A stretch of 63,891 nt of DNA, the filler included, from Octopus bimaculoides (taxonomy: Eukaryota): the NCBI RefSeq assembly GCF_001194135.2. It is 7 parts of 7 records of this genome, joined end to end, with 100 filler letters (N's around TTAATTAATTAA, not from the genome) between each part and the next. Parts side by side here need not be neighbours in the genome. Positions count along the whole stretch, not along the records: positions 28,159 to 54,483 come from NC_068983.1; positions 54,584 to 62,768 come from NW_026323509.1; 5 more parts are not named here. One strand, written 5' to 3'. Shown piece after piece: positions 52,556-62,868 of this stretch; position 1 is the stretch's first letter; each line of letters starts with the position of its first letter. The position numbers were made by a program, and so were the translations under genes. A model generated the notes under the pieces. That model worked only from the letters and a program-made list of their open reading frames with translations, searched no databases and had not been told where the DNA came from.

Positions 52556-53285
52556 AAACAGGAAATATCAACCAAATGCACGAAAGATACAGAGATGCAG
52601 GAAAAGCAGTAAAATGTGACAACTGATGCAGTGGAGTTAACACTGAAGATATTGCCCACATCATAAGCAGTTGTCCGAAAATGTCATCACGGTTTTATCT
52701 ACCGATGAGACATGATGTTGTAGCTAGGACATTGTATAACGAAATCCATCGGAAGGATAAGCCCGAGGACAAAGAAATAAGAACCCACAATATGGTAGAA
52801 GTCATAGCCACTCATAATATAAAAAAGGAATACTGATGGAGAAGACCCCAGTAAAATGTAAACATAAGAGACCTGATATAATGATGTGGGATAGAGAAGA
52901 GAAACTGCAGACAGTTGTGGAAATCAGCTGCCCAGTGGATGTTAACATGAAGCTGAAGATCAGCGAAAAAGAAAATACTTACGCTGAACTATTGAGAAAT
53001 CTGCAGTTACTCCATCCAGATTACAAGTTCAGGCTTATACCTACAATTATTGGGGTACTGGGATATGTAACACACTGCCTAAATACCAATCTTGAGAAAT
53101 TAGGCTTCTCAAAACCAGAAGGGAGTTATAGCTGATTCGAAGAATACAGATTCAATCCATCGCTGGAACTGTAAAACTCTGTAAAACTTACCAGAAGTTT
53201 ATCATTTAAGTATATATGAGCATGTCTAGATATGCAACTATATGCATGAGAATACATAGATAAAACAAAACATAGAAATCTGCAC
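52556..53285 (+). mobile_element. R4/Dong-clade element, copy 3 (5'-truncated, intact 3' end, (ATAC)n tail)
   Basis: EDIAHIISSCPK..RHDVVA, KHKRPDIMMWDREEK..VEISCP.D.N, PTIIGVLG. The 3' UTR runs into (ATAC)n at about 53286. Near-identical to copy 1 over the RLE region. Confidence 0.9.
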
Positions 53286-53737
53286 ATATACATACATACA
53301 TACATACATGTATACATACATATGTACGTACATCATACATACATACATACATACATACATACATACATGCAAGCAAGCATATGTATATAATCTTTATTAC
53401 TTTTGATCAACCGAAAATCACAAAGGTATCTCAAAACTAGAAAGTTTCGTGTATGGCACTTATCAAACTAATAAATGAGTGTGATAAGTGGCATACTGGA
53501 AACTTCCAGCCCTCGCGGCACTTTTGTAACTTTCGCCAATTGACGATAATAAAAAAAAAACGCACATATATTTAGGGATTGATTTTTCTTTCCCCTCTTT
53601 CTTCGTCCCCCCCACCCACTCTCTCTCTCTCCCTCTCTCTCACACACACAGAAGCAGAAAAAATATATATATGTGCGCACGCGCGCGTAAATATATATAT
53701 ATGCCTACACATTTATATATATGTATATATCAGTGTG

Positions 53738-53777
<40 letters not shown>

Positions 53778-53894
53778 CATATATATATATATATATATAC
53801 ATACGCATATATTGTGTATGTGTGCGCGCGCACGTGTAGTTGTATATTCAATCTTTTCCCAAGGTATAACAGTATCTTTTACTTGGAATAATTG

Positions 53895-53928
53895 AATCGA
53901 TCAATGAATCGATCAATGAATCGATCAA
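53895..53928. repeat. 12-bp tandem repeat x3
   Basis: (tgaatcgatcaa)x3. Confidence 0.85.
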
Positions 53929-54217
53929 AACATATCACAGCTAATGATTTTATCGATAAGCTAATTACTGCCAACGCTATTCAACTGAAAACAATGCAGC
54001 GTTGAATGCGATACAGTATAATATGTATTTGGACAGACGGCGGTCTCGGCTAACTCCACACCCAAATGCTCAATCAAACTTAAGGAAGCACTAACACCAC
54101 CCGCTTCGCCCGATCACGTCTGCTATGGCCCCTGCTGTATTGAGAATTTGTATACATACCACGAACACTCCTAAGCCCACACACATACACAAACTGGTAC
54201 GTACATACAAATGTACA

Positions 54218-54251
<34 letters not shown>

Positions 54252-54428
54252 CATACATATACAAACAACTATTCATGTATGAATGCATGCGTGCATGTAT
54301 TTATGTATCTATATGGCTACATGTACACAATCCCACATATATACACATATAGATAACTTTTATATAGATAGATAGATAGATAGATAGGAAGATACACACA
54401 CACACATATACATGTAAGCATGTATGTA

Positions 54429-54483
<55 letters not shown>

Positions 54484-54585
54484 NNNNNNNNNNNNNNNNN
54501 NNNNNNNNNNNNNNNNNNNNNNNNNNNTTAATTAATTAANNNNNNNNNNNNNNNNNNNNNNNNNNNNNNNNNNNNNNNNNNNNAA

Positions 54586-55248
54586 CTCGTGTGTGGTGGT
54601 CATTATATTAGAGACATGACTCGAAAAGAGAGACTCAAGAAATACAGAAGAATATGGAAGAAGAACAAGTTTTACTATTATTGCAAAGACCCCGACATCT
54701 TTGACCCTTATTATGTGGATTTGTTTGATATAAAAGATGGGAAATGTAAAGATGAAGTGTGTTGGGGGAAGATGAGGAGAATAGGAAGGTTGGAGGGAGA
54801 TGAAGGGGTGGAGGATGTGGGAGTCACATCTTTTGGTGATGTTGTTGTTGTGAGGAGGGAGAAGAAGGAGTTTGGATGGTGGAAAGATTGGTGTGTTGTG
54901 GAATGGTTCAGGGAAAAGTCTTTGGTGAGGAGAATAAGAATAGAAGGAAGAAAATATTCTGGTCTGGTATGTTATATTGCAAGACCTCATTTAACCATAA
55001 TTGGTGAATGTGTTTATATAACAGATACAATAAACAATATTTACGAAATACCTCGACATATTGAAGGGAAAACACCTGAAGATGATGAAATCCTGATATC
55101 TGAAGATAATCCAAAATATTTACTTCTCAGTGAAGACGATAATGAAGTCTTTGAAGTATTTGGTTTTGATGTTTCAGAAAATTCTTTGATGGTTTTTGGA
55201 ATTATTCCTGGACCTCAATCCTTTGCTTTCTTTCATTATGACAAATAA
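54586..55248 (+). CDS. Paralogue of the beta-propeller gene, C-terminal part only (5' end lost at scaffold join)
   Basis: 219-aa ORF, frame open from the gap edge (LVCGGHY...). Aligns with the last module of the 59880-62768 protein: LVCGG-HYI.DMT, YYVD, VTS.GD+VVV, Y+.D..NNIY.IP.HIE, GFDVSENSLMVFGIIPG.QSFAFFHYD. Confidence 0.85.
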   Translation, partial: LVCGGHYIRDMTRKERLKKYRRIWKKNKFYYYCKDPDIFDPYYVDLFDIKDGKCKDEVCWGKMRRIGRLEGDEGVEDVGVTSFGDVVVVRREKKEFGWWKDWCVVEWFREKSLVRRIRIEGRKYSGLVCYIARPHLTIIGECVYITDTINNIYEIPRHIEGKTPEDDEILISEDNPKYLLLSEDDNEVFEVFGFDVSENSLMVFGIIPGPQSFAFFHYDK

Positions 55249-55951
55249 ATATTTCCAGAAATATTAAACTTCAATCTTATTCTTTTTATTATTATAAATG
55301 GGTTCACCCGGGAATNNNNNNNNNNNNNNNNNNNNNNNNNNNNNNNNNNNNNNNNNNNNNNNNNNNNNNNNNNNNNNNNNNNNNNNNNNNNNNNNNNNNN
55401 NNNNNNNNNNNNNNNNNNNNNNNNNNNNNNNNNNNNNNNNNNNNNNNNNNNNNNNNNNNNNNNNNNNNNNNNNNNNNNNNNNNNNNNNNNNNNNNNNNNN
55501 NNNNNNNNNNNNNNNNNNNNNNNNNNNNNNNNNNNNNNNNNNNNNNNNNNNNNNNNNNNNNNNNNNNNNNNNNNNNNNNNNNNNNNNNNNNNNNNNNNNN
55601 NNNNNNNNNNNNNNNNNNNNNNNNNNNNNNNNNNNNNNNNNNNNNNNNNNNNNNNNNNNNNNNNNNNNNNNNNNNNNNNNNNNNNNNNNNNNNNNNNNNN
55701 NNNNNNNNNNNNNNNNNNNNNNNNNNNNNNNNNNNNNNNNNNNNNNNNNNNNNNNNNNNNNNNNNNNNNNNNNNNNNNNNNNNNNNNNNNNNNNNNNNNN
55801 NNNNNNNNNNNNNNNNNNNNNNNNNNNNNNNNNNNNNNNNNNNNNNNNNNNNNNNNNNNNNNNNNNNNNNNNNNNNNNNNNNNNNNNNNNNNNNNNNNNN
55901 NNNNNNNNNNNNNNNNNNNNNNNNNNNNNNNNNNNNNNNNNNNNNNNNNNN

Positions 55952-55991
<40 letters not shown>

Positions 55992-56026
55992 TATTTAGGT
56001 ATGTATGTATTATGTATTAGGTATGT

Positions 56027-56204
56027 ATAACGGATTTTGGTGCCCAATGGTGATACGATTAGACAAATTGAACATTTTTTTGGCCTATGACACTACATGG
56101 ACACATTTCTTTTTCACTGCTGTGACCGGGTGTTGACCTAATGGATTTTTTCAATAACTTTTCAAAATATTTTCGTATCACCATTGATCACCAAAATCCG
56201 TTAT
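56027..56204. mobile_element. MITE, 178 bp, 32-bp terminal inverted repeats
   Basis: ataacggattttggtgcccaatggtgatacga (56027-56058) versus tcgtatcaccattgatcaccaaaatccgttat (56173-56204): 30/32 complementary. The termini are compatible with a TA target duplication. Confidence 0.75.
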
Positions 56205-56312
56205 TTCAACTGACTAATGAAACGAGATCGCTTCCGAACGGTAATATATAACCTATCATTGACACGAGCACTTTAATTAGCACCAATTCCTTTTAATTAG
56301 CACTAAATCAGG

Positions 56313-57802
56313 ATGGTATCTTGCACTGCCTGTACTTTAACTTTGTTTGACGGGATTTATAGATTTCGATATAATGATGACTTGGCATTGCAATTTTTCC
56401 GCCAACATGGAGTTGTCCCTGCATCTGTGAATTGCCTAACATGTAATACACCTTGCATTATTAGAAATGGGACTAATATGGTTCGATGTAGGAAGATGGT
56501 TCGTCATCGGAGACAAAGGAAAACAGAATGCAGGTTTTCAGTGTCCATTTTCAAGAACACCTTTTTGGAGCGAAGCCGTTTACCCCCTTGGAAAGTTCTT
56601 GTGTTTCTTTAATTGTTTCCTAACAGATAATTGGTTGCATAAATCTGTTATGGAAAATTTAGATATAATGCTTGCTATGTCTGTTGATTGGCGATCTTTC
56701 TGTTGTGAAGTTTGCCTTCATTGGGTTGAAAACTGCCGTGCACAAATTGGAGGGCCAGGGATTGCAGTGGAGATTGATGAAGCGGTTTTGGTTAGAAGAA
56801 AATACAACCGAGGTAGGCTTGTAAAGACTATTTGGCTCTTCGGGGGAATTGAACACAAATCGAAAAAACAATTTTTGATGCCTCTATCATCGGAATGTGG
56901 GGAAGGGGAAAGACGAAATGCTTCAACTCTTCTCCCGCTAATCAAATGTCACATATATACTCAAAACATTNNNNNNNNNNNNNNNNNNNNNNNNNNNNNN
57001 NNNNNNNNNNNNNNNNNNNNNNNNNNNNNNNNNNNNNNNNNNNNNNNNNNNNNNNNNNNNNNNNNNNNNNNNNNNNNNNNNNNNNNNNNNNNNNNNNNNN
57101 NNNNNNNNNNNNNNNNNNNNNNNNNNNNNNNNNNNNNNNNNNNNNNNNNNNNNNNNNNNNNNNNNNNNNNNNNNNNNNNNNNNNNNNNNNNNNNNNNNNN
57201 NNNNNNNNNNNNNNNNNNNNNNNNNNNNNNNNNNNNNNNNNNNNNNNNNNNNNNNNNNNNNNNNNNNNNNNNNNNNNNNNNNNNNTTATCACTGACCTTC
57301 AACTCTCGGGGTGCCCCTCTTTCGCTCTACTCGCCCATATACACACACAAAAAAAAAACATGGGAATTTCGTGTAGCCACTTTGTTTACCATGTAGGAAA
57401 TTTACGATTTTCAAATCGACACATAACACCCATTTATGTTTTGGACTAGAAACTCAATGATGTTGGAGGTTCTGCAGAGGCCATGGGCTCTACTCAACCA
57501 TCCAGACTATTATTTATAGTGACTGTTGGGGCGCTTATAGTTCCCTTCAAAATTTAGGTTATACACATTTTCAAATTAACCATAGAACTTCGTCGATCCG
57601 GCAAACGCGTTAGTTCACACACAGACCATAGAACGATTGTGGGGGCGGGGGCCTCAAGAGAGCTGTTTTACGGCCCGGAATTAAACCGTGTTTCTTAAAG
57701 CAATATATTGCTCGATATCAGTTCATGCAGGCTTTCCGTCCTGCTTCCAAAAGAATGCACGATTTTTTATTGCAGGCTGCCAGGCTGTATCCTGGACCAT
57801 GA
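56313..57802 (+). pseudogene. Merlin (ISXO2/IS1595-like DDE) transposase, frameshifted and interrupted
   Basis: N-terminal zinc-ribbon (CLTC...C); IGGPGIAVEIDEAVLVRRKYNRGR..WLFGGIE; after the insertion IIYSDCWGAY, GYTHFQINH/NFVDP..VHTQTIERLWG, and C-terminal YIARYQFM..FLLQAARLYPGP* (TGA 57800-57802). Frameshift near 56610. Confidence 0.9.
56951..57509 (-). repeat. Duplicate of the 59228-59560 transposase segment, inserted inside the Merlin ORF
   Basis: 56951-56970 (acatatatactcaaaacatt) matches 59228-59247. 57286-57509 matches 59361-59560 except for 22 extra nt (ttggactagaaactcaatgatg). The middle is an N gap. Confidence 0.85.
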
Positions 57803-57905
57803 AGATTTTCGTCCTGAGAATAAATATCTTTACACGCAGCTTCTGCACCAACTGACAACATTTCATCAATCCATAGGGTACTATTCAAGAAGAGTGGTCC
57901 CTGTG

Positions 57906-57975
57906 CGCGCACTCGCACACACGCGCTAGCTAGTCGTGACTAGTCGATCCTACGACTACCTAGCGCGAGTGCGCG
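57906..57975. other. CpG-rich imperfect palindrome downstream of the Merlin ORF
   Basis: cgcgcactcg[cacacacg]cgctagctagtcgt versus acgactacctagcgcgagtgcgcg: 23/24 complementary apart from an 8-nt bulge. Confidence 0.75.
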
Positions 57976-58759
57976 TCATGCGCAAAGCATGTATGAGGGT
58001 TTTTTTCTAAACAAAATAAATTATTTTTTTAAACAAAGTAAATAAATTATGCACTACCTGTTTTTGGTAAAGAGTCCATTAAATAGTCGGTCTTTCAAAA
58101 TCTACTGGTTGTTCAATGGTAACAGTACATGAGGGACATTACAAGGAATTATCTTTTGCCTAACCCCTACCAAATTGATGGACGTTTTAAGAGTAAGATG
58201 GGGAAGATTCNNNNNNNNNNNNNNNNNNNNNNNNNNNNNNNNNNNNNNNNNNNNNNNNNNNNNNNNNNNNNNNNNNNNNNNNNNNNNNNNNNNNNNNNNN
58301 NNNNNNNNNNNNNNNNNNNNNNNNNNNNNNNNNNNNNNNNNNNNNNNNNNNNNNNNNNNNNNNNNNNNNNNNNNNNNNNNNNNNNNNNNNNNNNNNNNNN
58401 NNNNNNNNNNNNNNNNNNNNNNNNNNNNNNNNNNNNNNNNNNNNNNNNNNNNNNNNNNNNNNNNNNNNNNNNNNNNNNNNNNNNNNNNNNNNNNNNNNNN
58501 NNNNNNNNNNNNNNNNNNNNNNNNNNNNNNNNNNNNNNNNNNNNNNNNNNNNNNNNNNNNNNNNNNNNNNNNNNNNNNNNNNNNNNNNNNNNNNNNNNNN
58601 NNNNNNNNNNNNNNNNNNNNNNNNNNNNNNNNNNNNNNNNNNNNNNNNNNNNNNNNNNNNNNNNACCATTAAGTCTTTAAAAATAACACGATTGAATAAA
58701 CCAAGACCCATAAGTTTTTTTCATCAAATCATTAAATAAACTAACAGCAGAAATAAAAC

Positions 58760-59560
58760 CTTCGTGACCATAAGAACTTTGGTAAAATGTTTGTCTTTCT
58801 TGATTGTCTGTCATGTTCAATGCTATTTAAGTCTCTTTTGATACTCCAGCAGGAGTCAGGCATCATTAGTTTGTCCCACCGTCCCTGGTCGCTCTCTGCC
58901 ATTGTTTTGATATCCTGATGGAATCGTTCTCCTTGCTCATCACTCTCTTCGCATAAATGGCTATGTAAAGAAAGGAACCTTTAATACTCATATTAGCACC
59001 AATGTCCTCTAGACTTTTCCACAGCTTTTCCATTAATTCCTTGTAATTTTCGGCCCGGCGATTGCCCAAGAAGTTTCTCACCACATCAACATACGCTATC
59101 CAAGCACGGAATTTCCAAGTCATTCATTGAAGTAACAAACTTATCATCCCTAATTAGTTTTCTGATATCAGGACCCTCAAACACTCCTGCTTTGAGTTTT
59201 TCGGTGTTAAGTCCTGCAAACAATTTACATATATACTCAAAACATTCACTTTCTTTATCGAGTGATTTTACATACTGTTTCATTAATCCCAATTCGATAT
59301 GCAAGGAAGTGAAGATGATTTTTTTTCTCTTTCGGAACTAGCGCTGCACTAATAACTTTCTTATCACTGACCTTCAACTCTCGGGGTGCCCCTCTTTCGC
59401 TCTACTCGCCCATATACACACACAAAAAAAAAACATGGGAATTTCGTGTAGCCACTTTGTTTACCATGTAGGAAATTTACGATTTTCAAATCGACACATA
59501 ACACCCATTTATGTTGGAGGTTCTGCAGAGGCCATGGGCTCTACTCAACCATCCAGACTA
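58760..59560 (-). pseudogene. DNA-transposon transposase remnant, Chapaev3 (CMC)-like
   Basis: Minus-strand motifs KWVLCVDLKIVNFLHGKQSGYTKFPCF, LHIELGLMKQYVKSLD..F.YI.KLF, KLKAGVFEGPDIRKLI, AW..VVRNFLGNRRAENYKEL, GANMSIK, RYQGRWD.LMM.D.CWSIKRD. Superfamily assignment is from recollection of this conserved protein family. Confidence 0.7.
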
Positions 59561-59879
59561 AGCAAATAAAAACACATACATACATGCATGATGTATACAC
59601 ACGTGTACTTGTATATACATACAGCATCTTTCCATAAATATACACATTCAGCATCCTTGAATACATGGATACAAATGCACATCTACGCATACATACACAT
59701 GTAAAAATGTATATAGAGTTTAATACACACACACACATACATGTATCTAGTGAGAAAGAATATTGAAGAAAGTTACAATAACTGTTAGTGTGTAGAATGC
59801 AATGTCAGTGATTTCGGTTCAATTTCCAGGTGAGCCCTGTAGCAATAATAACAACAAAGTTAAGAATTTATTAAAATAT

Positions 59880-62768
59880 TTATCTGTCATAATGAAAGAA
59901 AGCAAAAGATTGACAACCTGGAATAATTCCAAAAACCATCAAAGAATTTTCTGAAACATCAAAACCAAGAACTTTGTAAACTTCATTATCAATACCTCTC
60001 AGGAGTAAATATTGTTGAATATCTTCAGATGTTTGATGTTCAATATGTCCAGGTATTTGGTAAATATTGTTATATCTGTCTACTATATACACATATTTAC
60101 CATGTGTAGTTAGATAATGTCTATGAATGTTGTTATACAGATATCTTGGTAGTTTTATACTTCTGACCAAATGTTCACTGAACCAAATGACATCATAGGC
60201 ATAGCCACTCCAGGATCTTTCCCGCTCTTCCTTCACAACAACAATATCACCACCAGATGTCACTACTATATCCAACACCACCTCTATCTCCACCTTCTTT
60301 CTCAGCCAAGAGCACACTTTATGTATGTATTTACATATCTCTCCATCAATAGCAACTACATCTACATAATAGGAAGACCAACATCTTCTACATTCAGTCA
60401 TGTCTTCAATATAATGACCACCACCACACACAAGTTGATTGTCGTTGTATTTATAAATCCTGTTGTAGAATTTTTCAGTTCTGATGGTTTTTAAACAGCA
60501 GAGATCTCTGTTGAAGAACATCAGCTGTTCACCAAAGGCGACAATGAAACATTCATCAGTCCACCAACATATGTCTAGTGGTTGTTGTTGTAGTAGTTGT
60601 TTGTGTTGAAGTATGTCTCCTGTCATTGTGTTAATTAATGTGACACTTTCTCGAAACATCAACACACTCACATTCTCATCTAACTTAATTAGTTTACTGT
60701 TGTAATCTCTACTGTCTTCGATATCATAATTAACAGGTTCAGTGCATGTAGGAATGGAAAGAGGGACCATTGCTGTTCTATATGGAAGTCTCCTCACTGA
60801 TATTTCATCAGTTCCTGATATACTTTCTGCTATGTAATTACCACATCTCACCTTTATTCTACCTTTACTAATTATTTTACCTGATTCACCTCTTCTTCCT
60901 CCATCTCCTCCACTGTATTTCAATTTATTAATCAAGTCATTACTGAATATTTCCTTGTTTGTCTCAGATGTAATGGAAGGGAAATGAAGACCAGAATCAA
61001 GATTTAATAACGACACAGATTCCAGAACCTTCACTTGGTCCCCATCAATCTTTATGCAATGACATTCAATCAATTCAATATGTTGACACCAGTAAATACC
61101 CCCCACTTTTCTCCATATTACACCATAAGGGATGAGACTTGTCCAAGCTTGAGATGTCTTCAAATTTTTTCCATTCAGTTGAAATATTTCTTTTCTTTTG
61201 GAAACCGTGGCCATTATGTGTTTTTCTTGTGTAAAACACACACCACCAACTAAACTTCCAACATCTCTGTGACATAGCAGCTCCCCGTCTTCATCAAATA
61301 TTTTAACATTTCCATTATTGGCTTTTTCACACANNNNNNNNNNNNNNNNNNNNNNNNNNNNNNNNNNNNNNNNNNNNNNNNNNNNNNNNNNNNNNNNNNN
61401 NNNNNNNNNNNNNNNNNNNNNNNNNNNNNNNNNNNNNNNNNNNNNNNNNNNNNNNNNNNNNNNNNNNNNNNNNNNNNNNNNNNNNNNNNNNNNNNNNNNN
61501 NNNNNNNNNNNNNNNNNNNNNNNNNNNNNNNNNNNNNNNNNNNNNNNNNNNNNNNNNNNNNNNNNNNNNNNNNNNNNNNNNNNNNNNNNNNNNNNNNNNN
61601 NNNNNNNNNNNNNNNNNNNNNNNNNNNNNNNNNNNNNNNNNNNNNNNNNNNNNNNNNNNNNNNNNNNNNNNNNNNNNNNNNNNNNNNNNNNNNNNNNNNN
61701 NNNNNNNNNNNNNNNNNNNNNNNNNNNNNNNNNNNNNNNNNNNNNNNNNNNNNNNNNNNNNNNNNNNNNNNNNNNNNNNNNNNNNNNNNNNNNNNNNNNN
61801 NNNNNNNNNNNNNNNNNNNNNNNNNNNNNAGCAATACATTTATATTCATTTCCTGTCAGGTACGTTACCAACAACAATGGGAATTCAACTTTTAATGTCA
61901 ACAATTGGCACTTAGCACCATAAGTTGTAATAACCAGCGTTTTTGACTGCCAACGACACATATTAATAGGAAAAACATTCAATTTGATAGAGTCCACAAG
62001 CTGACCATCAAATGTGAATATCTTAATGTTTTTATTTTTCCAGTCATATGATGCTATCAGGTTATTTTCAATAACACACAAACGGCGAATGTACACTGGA
62101 TATTTGTCTCCAAAACCTGGAGGGACAGCAACATGTCTAGCTTTGTCAGAAACTGTCAGATCCTGTACATATAACGAAGAAGACAACATTTCACTGACAC
62201 AGATTTTTCTGGAAAATACATCCATCAGATTGATATAAATGTTAAGTTGATTATTTGTAACGAGATCATTAACCAACAAATTATGATCGTTTATAGCAAA
62301 CATACGGCTGTTGTCTATCAGATAAATAAACATTTTATCAATAGATCCACCGTAGAGATTGGGGGGACGTTTCACTTGGGACATTAAAACACTGGGGACC
62401 ATCTTACTACTACTACTACTACTATAACCACCACCACTACAGTTACTAGTGTTGTACTGAAATGCTATTTTCCTAGTAACAATTAATAATTTTGGTGTTT
62501 CAATTTCAATTGCTAATGATTTCACAAAAAAAGGGATATTAATTGTCTTAATTGTTTCAACTTGATTATAATAATTGATGGCTAAAATATCTAAATGTGA
62601 TGGTTTATCACAATAACAAACAATTTCACCTTCACCCATCTTACACACCCGTACATAAGGCTGCCCTAATGATACACTTCTCACTGTCTTCGATAGGTTT
62701 CCAATGACCCTCAATTGCTTCTGTAGGGGTAATGTGACACCTATTTGATGAGAATCCCATTGACATAT
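59880..62768 (-). CDS. Intronless tandem beta-propeller (NHL/TRIM-propeller-like) protein, 5'-incomplete, internal gap
   Basis: 944-aa ORF in the track (59880-62714). I read the frame further upstream and it stays open to the gap at 62768 (ICQWDSHQIGVTLPLQKQLRVIG...), so the true start is missing. Recurrent propeller-type motifs: YDWKNKNIKIFTFDGQLV..PINMCRWQSKTLVIT, NNGNVKIFDEDGELL..GGVCFTQEKHIMAT, PLDICWWTDECFIVA. N gap 61334-61829. Stop TAA at 59880-59882. Fold assignment is by motif pattern only. Confidence 0.8.
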   Translation of the reverse strand: MCQWDSHQIGVTLPLQKQLRVIGNLSKTVRSVSLGQPYVRVCKMGEGEIVCYCDKPSHLDILAINYYNQVETIKTINIPFFVKSLAIEIETPKLLIVTRKIAFQYNTSNCSGGGYSSSSSSKMVPSVLMSQVKRPPNLYGGSIDKMFIYLIDNSRMFAINDHNLLVNDLVTNNQLNIYINLMDVFSRKICVSEMLSSSLYVQDLTVSDKARHVAVPPGFGDKYPVYIRRLCVIENNLIASYDWKNKNIKIFTFDGQLVDSIKLNVFPINMCRWQSKTLVITTYGAKCQLLTLKVEFPLLLVTYLTGNEYKCIAXXXXXXXXXXXXXXXXXXXXXXXXXXXXXXXXXXXXXXXXXXXXXXXXXXXXXXXXXXXXXXXXXXXXXXXXXXXXXXXXXXXXXXXXXXXXXXXXXXXXXXXXXXXXXXXXXXXXXXXXXXXXXXXXXXXXXXXXXXXXXXXXXXXXXXXXXXXXXXXXXXXXXXCEKANNGNVKIFDEDGELLCHRDVGSLVGGVCFTQEKHIMATVSKRKEIFQLNGKNLKTSQAWTSLIPYGVIWRKVGGIYWCQHIELIECHCIKIDGDQVKVLESVSLLNLDSGLHFPSITSETNKEIFSNDLINKLKYSGGDGGRRGESGKIISKGRIKVRCGNYIAESISGTDEISVRRLPYRTAMVPLSIPTCTEPVNYDIEDSRDYNSKLIKLDENVSVLMFRESVTLINTMTGDILQHKQLLQQQPLDICWWTDECFIVAFGEQLMFFNRDLCCLKTIRTEKFYNRIYKYNDNQLVCGGGHYIEDMTECRRCWSSYYVDVVAIDGEICKYIHKVCSWLRKKVEIEVVLDIVVTSGGDIVVVKEERERSWSGYAYDVIWFSEHLVRSIKLPRYLYNNIHRHYLTTHGKYVYIVDRYNNIYQIPGHIEHQTSEDIQQYLLLRGIDNEVYKVLGFDVSENSLMVFGIIPGCQSFAFFHYDR

Positions 62769-62868
62769 NNNNNNNNNNNNNNNNNNNNNNNNNNNNNNNN
62801 NNNNNNNNNNNNTTAATTAATTAANNNNNNNNNNNNNNNNNNNNNNNNNNNNNNNNNNNNNNNNNNNN

